Below, piece by piece: positions 40,204-49,343 of a stretch of 64,000 nucleotides of DNA (the stretch's first letter is position 1; the number at the start of each line of letters is the position of its first letter). Position numbers and translations under genes: made by a program. The stretch is from Escherichia phage AV124. Under the pieces are notes generated by a model. It made no database searches. It was not told the origin of the DNA and was given only the letters and a program-made list of their open reading frames with translations. The stretch lies in sequence record OR352954; one strand, written 5' to 3'.

Positions 40204-40222
40204 GGCCCCGGAGGGCCTTTAT
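40203..40222. terminator. hairpin between convergent genes
   Basis: GGCCCCGGAGGGCC hairpin followed by TTT. Confidence 0.4.
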
Positions 40223-40223
40223 A

Positions 40224-40520
40224 TTACGCCATAATGCCAGCAGCCTTCAGCTTGGAAAGAAGGGCATTAAAGTCGGTAACCAGTCCAGCTACGTCAGTCG
40301 CCACCGTGTTGGCCTGTGTTTCTGCCATTTTAACACCGCCAACCACAGAAGTGGTTGCAGCCACGGGAGCAAAAGTGGTAGGCTTGCCAGTAATGTCGGC
40401 CCATGCCACAGCTCCACCGCCTGCGACAGCGATTACATCAGCGAAGGAAATAACTCCGCCAGTTGCAAGGTCAATCAGTTTTGTACCGTAGACCAGTCCA
40501 GCTACACCAGATGTTGCCAT
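40224..40520 (-). CDS. small Gly/Ala-rich protein, N-terminal paralog of the collagen-like protein
   Basis: N-terminus MATSGVAGLVYGTKLIDLATGG resembles [23 protein letters not shown] of the upstream gene; RBS AAGGAG. Confidence 0.5.
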   Translation of the reverse strand: MATSGVAGLVYGTKLIDLATGGVISFADVIAVAGGGAVAWADITGKPTTFAPVAATTSVVGGVKMAETQANTVATDVAGLVTDFNALLSKLKAAGIMA

Positions 40521-40532
40521 TTTTCAATCTCC

Positions 40533-41672
40533 TTAGATTGCGGGTAATTGTGTTGCAGATTCAGGTACAACCTGTTCTGCGATTAACAAAATAGTTGAAG
40601 GGATGAATGTTGATCCAACAGCGGAAATCAAACACTGAGTCCCGTTTGTCGCCATATTGCCATTAACATCCACGCTGAACATATTGAGTAAGTTAATTGT
40701 ATCCTGTTGAGATGTACCTTGTACACGAGCTGCCGTTAGTCTGTTACCGACTGAAGGTGGGAAATTTAATTCTATCGCACGGTTACTTGAACTACTCGAC
40801 CAAGTTCCAATCAAATTCAGCTTAAAGTAAACGCTAAAGTTTGAGTTGTATACAATCATCTTATCGACGGTGGTATTGAAGAGCGGAGATAAACTACCGG
40901 AATGGGGTATATTCTTCAGAAGAGTGATAAGATTTGTTTCTGGACCTATCGTTACATCTGTAAGATTTGTCCAAGTAACTTCCACCTTTCTTCTTATACG
41001 AGATTCCGCAGGGGTTCCTGGCTCACCATCATCACCTTTTGGTCCCTCTGGACCCTGAGGTCCAGATGGGCCTTGTGGACCAGCAGGCCCTGTAGGCCCG
41101 ACCGGGCCTGTAGCACCTTGTGCTGCCATTAATGCCCAGTGTGTGGCAGAAGCCGGGTCTCCAGTAGGAGGCACTCCAGTTGACGTCAGTGTGTTGAAAT
41201 ACAATGCCCCGTTGTAAACAGCAGCATCGTTCTCAACATATGTTGTCGTTGAGGAATAGTTACCTTTAAACTCTAGACCCGTAGCCCCAGAAGGTCCCGT
41301 AGGTCCCTGTGGCCCCGTTGGGCCTTGAGGCCCTTGAGGGCCAGTTGGTCCTGCTGGTCCTTCTTCACCTTGAGGCCCTTCCGGGCCTTGAACTCCACGA
41401 GGTCCCTGCGGGCCTTGGGTTCCAGGTATTCCTTGGATTCCCTGAGGACCTGTAGCCCCATCCTGCACATTTATAATCGTTTTTACAGCATCTTGGTCAG
41501 CTGCTTTTAATATCTCTTTACCAATATCAGACGCATCGGTGATAGATTCAACAGTAATCTCACCTGACCCGCCATTCATGATATCATCAAAATCGATCTT
41601 ATTACCAGTCTTCTGACTAACAAGTGTTCTTCCATAAACAACACCAGCTACGCCAGCCGAAGCTATTGACAT
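40533..41672 (-). CDS. collagen-like repeat protein (379 aa)
   Basis: Uninterrupted Gly-X-Y tract ([58 protein letters not shown]) plus a second shorter tract. Confidence 0.7.
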   Translation of the reverse strand: MSIASAGVAGVVYGRTLVSQKTGNKIDFDDIMNGGSGEITVESITDASDIGKEILKAADQDAVKTIINVQDGATGPQGIQGIPGTQGPQGPRGVQGPEGPQGEEGPAGPTGPQGPQGPTGPQGPTGPSGATGLEFKGNYSSTTTYVENDAAVYNGALYFNTLTSTGVPPTGDPASATHWALMAAQGATGPVGPTGPAGPQGPSGPQGPEGPKGDDGEPGTPAESRIRRKVEVTWTNLTDVTIGPETNLITLLKNIPHSGSLSPLFNTTVDKMIVYNSNFSVYFKLNLIGTWSSSSSNRAIELNFPPSVGNRLTAARVQGTSQQDTINLLNMFSVDVNGNMATNGTQCLISAVGSTFIPSTILLIAEQVVPESATQLPAI

Positions 41673-41688
41673 ACTCTACCTCTCAGGC

Positions 41689-42222
41689 TTAAGCTGTCAG
41701 CGCTGCCTCAAGATCAGCCAACATGTTTTCGAAGGTCTTGGTCTTCGACAGAGTAACACCTTTGTTTGCTGCGAATTCAGCAAGTTTATCTTTGCTGCCT
41801 TTTTTATCCGCATCATCTCGTAAAGCAGAGGCTTCCGCAATAATTGCTTTCACATCGGGGTTTACTTGCTCATTGGCTTTTGCATTATCTTCTATAACCT
41901 GTGCAACCACGGTTTCTTCAACCTTTTGTTTAGCCACTGACGACTTAACATCAGAAGGTGGTGTAATCTCACCATTAAAGAATACGATAAAGTTGCCCAT
42001 TCTCAGGGTGGAGGCCTTAGTATCTACAGGAAGACCTGACAGGTCTGCAAGTTCCTGGAAGAACTCCATGAAAGAACGAAAAGCCTTCATTTGCTTACCA
42101 AGGGCGAATCCATTTAGGGGTAAGCGGCTTGAAGCACTAATGTTCAATTCGGGAATGTATGCACCAAAGAACTTGAAAAGCTCTACCTTGTTCGGGAAAA
42201 TGCGATAATTTTGATTTGCCAT
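41689..42222 (-). CDS. head-associated protein (177 aa)
   Basis: Start at ATG 42222 (MANQNY) with RBS AAGGAG. Confidence 0.45.
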   Translation of the reverse strand: MANQNYRIFPNKVELFKFFGAYIPELNISASSRLPLNGFALGKQMKAFRSFMEFFQELADLSGLPVDTKASTLRMGNFIVFFNGEITPPSDVKSSVAKQKVEETVVAQVIEDNAKANEQVNPDVKAIIAEASALRDDADKKGSKDKLAEFAANKGVTLSKTKTFENMLADLEAALTA

Positions 42223-42280
42223 AGAATCTCCTTTGATCCTCATAAACCTCTTGACATATAAGATCACTATGCTAATCTTA

Positions 42281-42320
42281 AAATGAAAAAAGGGAGAGGT
42301 GATTAACACCTCCCCCTCTT
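42281..42320 (-). terminator. rho-independent terminator downstream of capsid gene
   Basis: On the minus strand: hairpin GAGGGGGAGGTG-TTAATC-ACCTCTCCC followed by TTTTTTCATTTT. Confidence 0.55.
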
Positions 42321-42340
42321 AGAGGTAGCTTTAAGCTATA

Positions 42341-43354
42341 TTACGCGAAAGTACCAGTCAGTTTAACAACCAGCTCTGGGCGGCAGTTAACTGTCAGGAA
42401 GGAAGTTTCAGACTCTACCTTCTCTTCACGCAGGTAAGCAGAAGATTTGTACCACAGGTACAGTTCTTGTGCCGGAGTATTCGCTTCACGAACATCATCT
42501 GCTGGCGCATAGTGGATCTGGAACATGTTGTCGATACCGCGCGGCAGCATGTAAGCTTCACCGTCCGGGATGTAACCGGAGATATCTTCGATGTACAGAA
42601 CGTTTTTGTGAACGAAGGAACGGTTGTTAGCGTTTTCCTGACCTTCACCAAGACGACGACGCAGCGGCTCTTGAGTAGAGCTGTAGTATTGGTATGCGTT
42701 CATGATCAGCGGGTGAGCGATGAAAGCAGAGAACCATTTACGAGAAGCCAGGACTACGATGTCGTAGTTGTTTCCGTTGTCACCAGCGTTGTCGATGATG
42801 AATGCACGACCATCGTTTTCGAGCAGGTCAGACGGGTCAACTGCAACGTCAGTGAAATCTACGTTAACAACTTCCTGGGTAACACCCCATTCGGTGAAGT
42901 AGTTATACTGAGCGGTCGGGTCCTGCGGTGCCCAAGATTTACCCATGATTGCCTGAAGCATTGCTTTTTCTTTAAGCTGTTCATGAGAAATACGGATACG
43001 ACGAACAACACGTTCAACTACGTCCTGTACAGATTTAGGAGCATCCGCAGTGAAATATTTACGGAAGTTCTGTACGTCTGCCGGAGTGATCTGACGATCC
43101 AGCGGGAAGAACGGGATGTTGAAGTTTTTCAGTTGGGCCTTTTCAGTACCAACGTAGTTACGTTCACCCTGACGACGACGAGCTGGGAAGTCGGTTACAA
43201 CTTCGTCAACACGCTCGATCTGGGCGATAGTAGAGACACCGTGATAAGCCTCGAAAAGGTTCATGTTGGTGATCATACGGTACTGACGAGGTACGATTTC
43301 CAGAGTTGCGCCTAGATCGACGATCTGGAAATCATTAGTGCGTACTACTGCCAT
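42341..43354 (-). CDS. major capsid protein (337 aa)
   Basis: Size, strong RBS AAGGAGA, position after scaffold/protease and before a strong terminator; fold not verifiable by eye. Confidence 0.55.
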   Translation of the reverse strand: MAVVRTNDFQIVDLGATLEIVPRQYRMITNMNLFEAYHGVSTIAQIERVDEVVTDFPARRRQGERNYVGTEKAQLKNFNIPFFPLDRQITPADVQNFRKYFTADAPKSVQDVVERVVRRIRISHEQLKEKAMLQAIMGKSWAPQDPTAQYNYFTEWGVTQEVVNVDFTDVAVDPSDLLENDGRAFIIDNAGDNGNNYDIVVLASRKWFSAFIAHPLIMNAYQYYSSTQEPLRRRLGEGQENANNRSFVHKNVLYIEDISGYIPDGEAYMLPRGIDNMFQIHYAPADDVREANTPAQELYLWYKSSAYLREEKVESETSFLTVNCRPELVVKLTGTFA

Positions 43355-43374
43355 TATTTTCTCCTTGGTGTAGA

Positions 43375-43794
43375 TTAGATAGACGTTACTGGGATCTCAA
43401 CGGAGCCGTCGTAATATTTATCAGTGATCTTCAGACCTTTGGCCTCAAGAGCAGCGATAGCAGCAGCGTTGATAGCAGTAGTACCGTCAGCAAAGAACAG
43501 TTTGGATTTGTTCAGGGTCAGACCACGAACAGCCACAACGAAGTTGTATTTAGTACCAACAACAAACTCACGAGGAGCATCGTATGCAGGAACCAAATCG
43601 CGGTCGGTGATTACACCAAATGCGCTTGCAGCGTCGGAAGTTGCAGCCAGAGTACCATCAGACTTGACGATCATCCCAGCCTTCAGCCCTGCGGAATAAG
43701 TGATTTCCATTTCCAGGAAGCTGTAGCCCTGATCAGAAGAATCAACTTTACCCAGGACGATGTCAGAGTAGTACCCTTGAATCGGATTAGCCAT
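43375..43794 (-). CDS. head decoration / capsid accessory protein (139 aa)
   Basis: Position between scaffold and capsid genes; RBS GAGGAGA. Confidence 0.4.
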   Translation of the reverse strand: MANPIQGYYSDIVLGKVDSSDQGYSFLEMEITYSAGLKAGMIVKSDGTLAATSDAASAFGVITDRDLVPAYDAPREFVVGTKYNFVVAVRGLTLNKSKLFFADGTTAINAAAIAALEAKGLKITDKYYDGSVEIPVTSI

Positions 43795-43813
43795 TTATAT
43801 TATCTCCTCGATA

Positions 43814-44809
43814 TTAGGCAGTTTTGCGAGCGCGAGCAGCTTCTAGAGCTTTCTGCACGTTTGCTTTAAGAACGTCTTCGGCAGATTTAGCCAGGTCATC
43901 AGTCACAACCTCTTGGTTGATGCCATTTTCCTGAGTGCCGAACTCTTTCTTCACAGTTTCAACTTCTGTTTCCAGTTCGCTAATACGAGCTTGGGCTTTT
44001 TCCAGAAGAGCCACCACTGGGGCGTTAGCTTTTTCAATGATGAAGTCAGCAAGAGATTCATGATCTTCTTCAGCGGCAAAAGTAAAACCTTTGGCTTTTG
44101 TAAGAGCATTTTTCTTTTCTGCTTCAACAGCAGCCTTGATAATCAGTTCTGCTTGGGCATTTTTTGCATTAGCTTCTTCAAGCTTTTTAACCAGGTCCAG
44201 GTACTCCTGGGATTTGGTTACATCAACAGTATCGGACACAGAGGTCTCCTTGTTTTCAATTGTATTTTGAACAGGTACGTCTGGTTTAGCAGCGTCCTTG
44301 ATGACCTCAGTCTCCTGAGTGTCTTTGGCATCAAAAATGACACCGTGCTCTGCAACACCCTTCTCAAACATCTGTTGGAGTTTGATTAGTTCATATTGCT
44401 TCACAAGGTCCAGCTCTTCACCTGCATTTGCAGCTTTGGCGATAGAGATGGACTCCATCTTCGATTCTAACCATTCTTGGTTATCATCATTCCAACGTTG
44501 CAGCCACTCATCATCAGGATTTTCAGCAGCAGCGTTTTCCAGTTCTGTTTCGAAGCCCAAAAGTTTGGCAAGGAGTTCAGCATCACTACTCCACATATCG
44601 AAGAAGCGACGAAGGAATTCTTCAAAGCTCATATCGACAGTAACTTGGCGAAGTGCCTTAACCACGTCTTTGGTAATCTGTTCAGGTGCAAGGTCAGACT
44701 TCATCAGAAGACTAACCGGACGCATATTTGCAGAATAACCTTGACTCTTGTGGCAGAGTGCGATACCCTTATCCTTAATAGTTTTGGCCTTGACTACGAG
44801 TGCGCTCAT
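43814..44809 (-). CDS. scaffolding protein (331 aa)
   Basis: Highly acidic, Ala/Glu/Lys-rich coiled-coil sequence; RBS GAGGAAA. Confidence 0.5.
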   Translation of the reverse strand: MSALVVKAKTIKDKGIALCHKSQGYSANMRPVSLLMKSDLAPEQITKDVVKALRQVTVDMSFEEFLRRFFDMWSSDAELLAKLLGFETELENAAAENPDDEWLQRWNDDNQEWLESKMESISIAKAANAGEELDLVKQYELIKLQQMFEKGVAEHGVIFDAKDTQETEVIKDAAKPDVPVQNTIENKETSVSDTVDVTKSQEYLDLVKKLEEANAKNAQAELIIKAAVEAEKKNALTKAKGFTFAAEEDHESLADFIIEKANAPVVALLEKAQARISELETEVETVKKEFGTQENGINQEVVTDDLAKSAEDVLKANVQKALEAARARKTA

Positions 44810-45435
44810 TCGTTTTCCTCGGCAATCTCAATCCCGAAATCGAGTCCGGTGATTTCACCAGTCTCCTTGTCTGTGTAGCCAGAGCATTGAATGCTCAGTC
44901 CACCGACAGCGTTGGCCTTTTTCAAGAGCCACAGTTCAGGATCATTGTATTTAACCTTAGCTACCCAGGTGCCAGCTTTAATGATTTGCTCGCTACCGAT
45001 AACCACGACATCGAACTCTTCTTGAATCCAAGTCTTCTCGATGGTAAAGGCATCAGTCTCGACAATGTGGAACAGGTTCTCTTTAACAAGACCAGCCGCT
45101 CGCGCAGCATCGAAACTTTCCTTACCTTTGACGATTGTCTCTGGAGACATCCATTCACCGTGGGCATCCCTAGTGTTTGGTTCATAAATGACTTCGTAAG
45201 AAATCATTTGTTCTCCAGCATCTTTGACAACAGATACAGGCTTGGCATTCTTTTGAATTGCTGTCTTCTTCAGCCCTACATGGAGTACATCTTTAGATGC
45301 TTTCTCAATAGCGGCTTCAGGAGATAGGCCTGAATCAATCAGGCCATTTGCGAGAACCAGTACCTTGCTCTTCTGAATGAGAGACAGATTCGATACTGAT
45401 GCAGGAAGGTCAGCAATACTTGAGTATTTCATCAT
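44806..45435 (-). CDS. prohead protease candidate (209 aa)
   Basis: Position between portal and scaffold; overlapping stop/start; catalytic residues not confirmed. Confidence 0.4.
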   Translation of the reverse strand: MMKYSSIADLPASVSNLSLIQKSKVLVLANGLIDSGLSPEAAIEKASKDVLHVGLKKTAIQKNAKPVSVVKDAGEQMISYEVIYEPNTRDAHGEWMSPETIVKGKESFDAARAAGLVKENLFHIVETDAFTIEKTWIQEEFDVVVIGSEQIIKAGTWVAKVKYNDPELWLLKKANAVGGLSIQCSGYTDKETGEITGLDFGIEIAEENE

Positions 45436-45499
45436 TTTCCCCGTTGATAGTTATTTTAACACCGTTTATTTTCTTTTGCAAGTTATTTCAGTGAGTTGC

Positions 45500-47047
45500 T
45501 TAGTTATCCAAGTTAGAGACAGAATTATCTCTTACTTTAGACGTCCCATTACCAGAAGTACCTTGCTTCATTCCATCACCGGAGCGACTGGTATCTTCCC
45601 CAAGGATCTTGAGTAGTTCCTCTTGAGATGTGTTTTCAGGAATCTCTTCATCAAACCCACCAACCTCAAGGATCTTATTGATAACTGTAGGTGTCTTCGG
45701 CAGATAACCAACAGCACCAATTCTCTGAACAAATTTGGAGAAGCTTTCCATATCAACTTCCTGGATAGCTCCAGGCTTAAGTCTCGGCATGTCTTCATCA
45801 GACAAACGGATATTATTAAGAGCGAGTAGTTGAGGAATCAAGTTCTTGTTGAATGATTCACAAATAATATCGATATCTCGTTGAACAAAATGCCCGTGGA
45901 TTGTTTGTTTTGATTCCGACAGGTTGTAAGACCCTTGACCATCATTCCCTAAGTTGATGAACCCCGCACCAAATCTGTCCAAGATCGCCTTCTTACGCTC
46001 TTGTATTAGATCCTTGGTACTATACTGTTTACCAACCCCATCGATTCCCTTAAGGGTCATCTTATACTGCTCACCGCCCTTATCATTCATATCTGAAGGT
46101 AAGATGAAGTAAGATTGTTCACCTGAGTGTGCGTTTGCAGCGTCAGCCATCAGACCACGAACCATATCTGCTTCAGGTGATCTCGGGTCCATAGACGCCT
46201 TATTCAGAATTGAAGAAGGGATCTTTAATTCAATGATACCACCGAGGTCCTTAGATGCCCCTATAACTTCAAGGTTTTCGATCAGGATTTTTTCACGGAA
46301 TGCACGGTAACAACCAACAAGAGGTGATACACCTGTAGGGTTTGATTCTGTCCCACCAAGAGACATTATCATCAACTTATTCACAGGGATGAATTTCTCA
46401 TCCGCACTTCCTGACAGATTTGTGACGAGACTCATAGCCCCAGCAATCTGGTTCATCCCGTTCTGAAAATTAGCAAAAGCCAGTGCGCTTTGATAAACAC
46501 CCGTAATTGTCCTTCCATCATCGCTGAAGACAAAAGGTTTTGTACGAGAGAGGCTTGACTGAGGACGGAAAGCAATTTTGTCGATCGTCATATAGCCTGC
46601 GTACTTAGATGGCGCGGATTCTGTTCTGTAGACCTTTTCGAATACAGAGAAACCATACTCGTTAAATGTCGCAGCACTTCTCGCCACATCGCGAAGCGTC
46701 TGTTGGTTAGCAAGATTCTTCAGAGCATACTCGACGAAATCTGCCGCTTTTTTAGACTCTTCACTATCTCGGTTGAAAAGAATTTTAAAATCATTGAAAG
46801 CCTTGGTGACAAAAACATATTTCGTATCCAGCGCTGTGGCAACAGTATGGTCTTGCTTCATGGAATCCACTGTTGCGAGGAACATAGGCCAGCGGAGTTC
46901 TTCAACCTTCATAATCTCAGATTCAGCACGAATCTGAGACAATGCTCCACTACCAAGTTCTCCAGTACGGACACGACTCACAGCAAGGTTTTCATTCCCT
47001 GCTTTTGCCACCGCATTCTTTCTTTTTCTGTTTCTGCGATTTGACAC
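45500..47047 (-). CDS. portal protein (515 aa), GTG start
   Basis: Size and position directly downstream of large terminase; GTG start preceded by RBS GAGGGGA. Confidence 0.55.
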   Translation of the reverse strand: MSNRRNRKRKNAVAKAGNENLAVSRVRTGELGSGALSQIRAESEIMKVEELRWPMFLATVDSMKQDHTVATALDTKYVFVTKAFNDFKILFNRDSEESKKAADFVEYALKNLANQQTLRDVARSAATFNEYGFSVFEKVYRTESAPSKYAGYMTIDKIAFRPQSSLSRTKPFVFSDDGRTITGVYQSALAFANFQNGMNQIAGAMSLVTNLSGSADEKFIPVNKLMIMSLGGTESNPTGVSPLVGCYRAFREKILIENLEVIGASKDLGGIIELKIPSSILNKASMDPRSPEADMVRGLMADAANAHSGEQSYFILPSDMNDKGGEQYKMTLKGIDGVGKQYSTKDLIQERKKAILDRFGAGFINLGNDGQGSYNLSESKQTIHGHFVQRDIDIICESFNKNLIPQLLALNNIRLSDEDMPRLKPGAIQEVDMESFSKFVQRIGAVGYLPKTPTVINKILEVGGFDEEIPENTSQEELLKILGEDTSRSGDGMKQGTSGNGTSKVRDNSVSNLDN

Positions 47048-47062
47048 GAGTCATCCCCTCTA

Positions 47063-48562
47063 TTATAATCGTGTATACATAGTCGGAGCAACAATCCTTG
47101 GGATTACGACAGGTCTGATGATCTCCGTTTTCTCCAGGAAGTTAATACCTGAAGAGATGGCGTCAACCCAATCGTCCTTACGGGACACGGTGCTTCGCTC
47201 GCCATTAAATTTCTCAAGCTCATTCATGAGGGCTTCATATGTCTTTGCATCAAAACTACTACGTACAATACGGACAAAGCCTTGCTGTGCAAGCTGGGCA
47301 AATGGTGCAAAACGAGTAAGTTTCGACTTGTTGCCTGGCGTAGGGTCTTTCTCAACCACATAACCATCCGCGAGCAATGCTCTTGAGCTGGTGAGGAATT
47401 CGCTTATACCAGCTTGGCCTGGGTCAACTGAGAAAATAATCGTTACATCATCGCCATCATGTTCTGCTTGTTTTTTGATAATTGCATCACGTTCGCCAGC
47501 CTTCTTACAGAAGCGGCCCTGCGTCCCGGTAGAATAAGGACCATCATCAACAAAATCTGGGTGATAGTCACCAGAAAGATAATAGAATCCCTCGGTATCT
47601 TTACTTACCTTGACCGATGCAGTAAAGTCAGGGAACTTGTTGCCTGTTGAGCGTTCAGTTCCCGCCTTGTCGTATGGTCTTACAGAAGTGCAGCCTAAAG
47701 GTAGCGTCGCGACTTCTTTCAAGAAAGACCTTTGGAAATAGTTTGCACCTTCTGGGCGAACCTTCCAGTTACCATACAACAGCTGTGCTTTTTCAACTTC
47801 AGGAAGACCTTCAAGAAATGCAAGATAATCTGGGTTGTTTTCCAGCATTGGCGGATTATCGAAAATTGTTGCGCTAATAAACGAGAAGGAGAGCGGCTTA
47901 GGCTTCTTGTGGATATCTTCACCATCCCAGTATCGTTCAATCAATTCTTCTGCGCTATCACCCCAAATGAAATCACCATCACGACGGATGAACCAACGGA
48001 TAACACCATCACGTTCTGGGATAGGATAACCATCCTCGTCGAGATACCAATCTATCAACTCTTTAATCTTATGATCAGGATCAGGGTTACAAGAGATGAC
48101 CATACGGCTTGGGTATTTAGATTCGGAACGTAAACGAGACATCAGATATTCGATCTGCGTCCATTCAAACTGTGTTCCTTCGTCAAACCCTACAAAAGTA
48201 TACTGAAGGCCCTGATGAGAAAGCTTGTCTTTCTCATATTCCATGTGCGACCATTTAACTTTTGCACCCGAAGGGAAGATAGCCTTCAGGTCTTTTTCTC
48301 GGAAGCGCGGCTTCCACTCAGGCGACAATTCACTATAGATACCACGAGCTGTTTCATACAAACCACCCGCACCGACAATCTGCGGTGTAAGTCTTCGGAA
48401 CATGATACAGTTTGAGCGAGGATCATCTATTAAGGCTAAGGGCATAAGTTGCAACAGGTAAGATTTACCTGATCCCGCAGCGCCCCCAATGATCAGGATT
48501 TGCGCCTTGTTTTCCAGGATCATTTTCTGCTTGGGGCTGGCGGGTCCAAAAGTGGTACTCAA
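47063..48562 (-). CDS. terminase large subunit, TTG start
   Basis: Walker A P-loop IIGGAAGSGKS near the N-terminus; TTG start with RBS GGAGGT. Confidence 0.8.
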   Translation of the reverse strand: MSTTFGPASPKQKMILENKAQILIIGGAAGSGKSYLLQLMPLALIDDPRSNCIMFRRLTPQIVGAGGLYETARGIYSELSPEWKPRFREKDLKAIFPSGAKVKWSHMEYEKDKLSHQGLQYTFVGFDEGTQFEWTQIEYLMSRLRSESKYPSRMVISCNPDPDHKIKELIDWYLDEDGYPIPERDGVIRWFIRRDGDFIWGDSAEELIERYWDGEDIHKKPKPLSFSFISATIFDNPPMLENNPDYLAFLEGLPEVEKAQLLYGNWKVRPEGANYFQRSFLKEVATLPLGCTSVRPYDKAGTERSTGNKFPDFTASVKVSKDTEGFYYLSGDYHPDFVDDGPYSTGTQGRFCKKAGERDAIIKKQAEHDGDDVTIIFSVDPGQAGISEFLTSSRALLADGYVVEKDPTPGNKSKLTRFAPFAQLAQQGFVRIVRSSFDAKTYEALMNELEKFNGERSTVSRKDDWVDAISSGINFLEKTEIIRPVVIPRIVAPTMYTRL

Positions 48563-48651
48563 AGGACCTCCATTATTATATGCTATAGGAGGATTTTACC
48601 ACGAAAGATCATAAAAATAAAGCCCTTATCACGAAATAAGGGCCTTGTCAA

Positions 48652-48942
48652 TCACTTTTGAGGTGTAAATATGTTACGAATGTATGCCTGAAGGATAAGC
48701 AACTTGCTACGTGTATCTGCTGCTTCAAGATTATTTTTCTTAACAATAGCACTGTTTTTAGCGTTATCAGCACCATAGGGAAGTGGTGTTGGGTCAGAAG
48801 GGGGAATCATCGCGTGAGCAGGCGGCTTAGAAAGCACCTCAGAGGGATTAAACTTCTCAACCACTGGAACTACCTTCTGTGGAGACTCGCATCCAACAAG
48901 CATGATTACAGAGAGGAATATGGCAAGCAAACTCTTTCTCAT
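48652..48942 (-). CDS. o-spanin (outer-membrane lipoprotein, Rz1-like)
   Basis: Signal peptide with lipobox LVGC; Pro-rich mature part; overlaps the i-spanin stop by 4 nt. Confidence 0.65.
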   Translation of the reverse strand: MRKSLLAIFLSVIMLVGCESPQKVVPVVEKFNPSEVLSKPPAHAMIPPSDPTPLPYGADNAKNSAIVKKNNLEAADTRSKLLILQAYIRNIFTPQK

Positions 48943-49343
48943 TTAACCCCCAAGCTTTCATTATAGATATCAACAAAGTCGTTATCCAGCCCAAACTTTT
49001 TACCCGCTTCAGATTTGTTATATGCCTGTTGTTTTTCATCGAGTCGGGATCTAAGTAAATCATTCTTAGCCTTCTCTTCTGCAAGCTGGCGACTCAGTTC
49101 ATCAGAGAAGTCTTGCTGCCCATTTTTGAAATCTTGATTTGCATATTTGTTGTTTCTCATTTGCAGAACCCATTTGTTATCCGTATCATTAACCCCACGG
49201 CTATAGGCCTGCTGTATTTGGTCATCATACCACCACTTAACTTCAAAAGCGCCCCACAGGAGCGCCAGAGAAAGGACAGCAATGATAACCAGTTTGGTGT
49301 GTCCCTTTATAAAGGTCCAAACCACACTGATAAAATTTATCAT
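48939..49343 (-). CDS. i-spanin (Rz-like)
   Basis: N-terminal TM helix followed by charged coiled-coil periplasmic domain; ATGA overlap with upstream gene. Confidence 0.6.
   Translation of the reverse strand: MINFISVVWTFIKGHTKLVIIAVLSLALLWGAFEVKWWYDDQIQQAYSRGVNDTDNKWVLQMRNNKYANQDFKNGQQDFSDELSRQLAEEKAKNDLLRSRLDEKQQAYNKSEAGKKFGLDNDFVDIYNESLGVK

Noticed and set aside
42254-42282. Plus-strand TTGACA-N16-TAATCT promoter-like element between the capsid gene and the downstream head gene
   Set aside because: It would drive antisense transcription into a minus-strand gene and overlaps the T-tract of the minus-strand terminator, so it is more likely a chance match.
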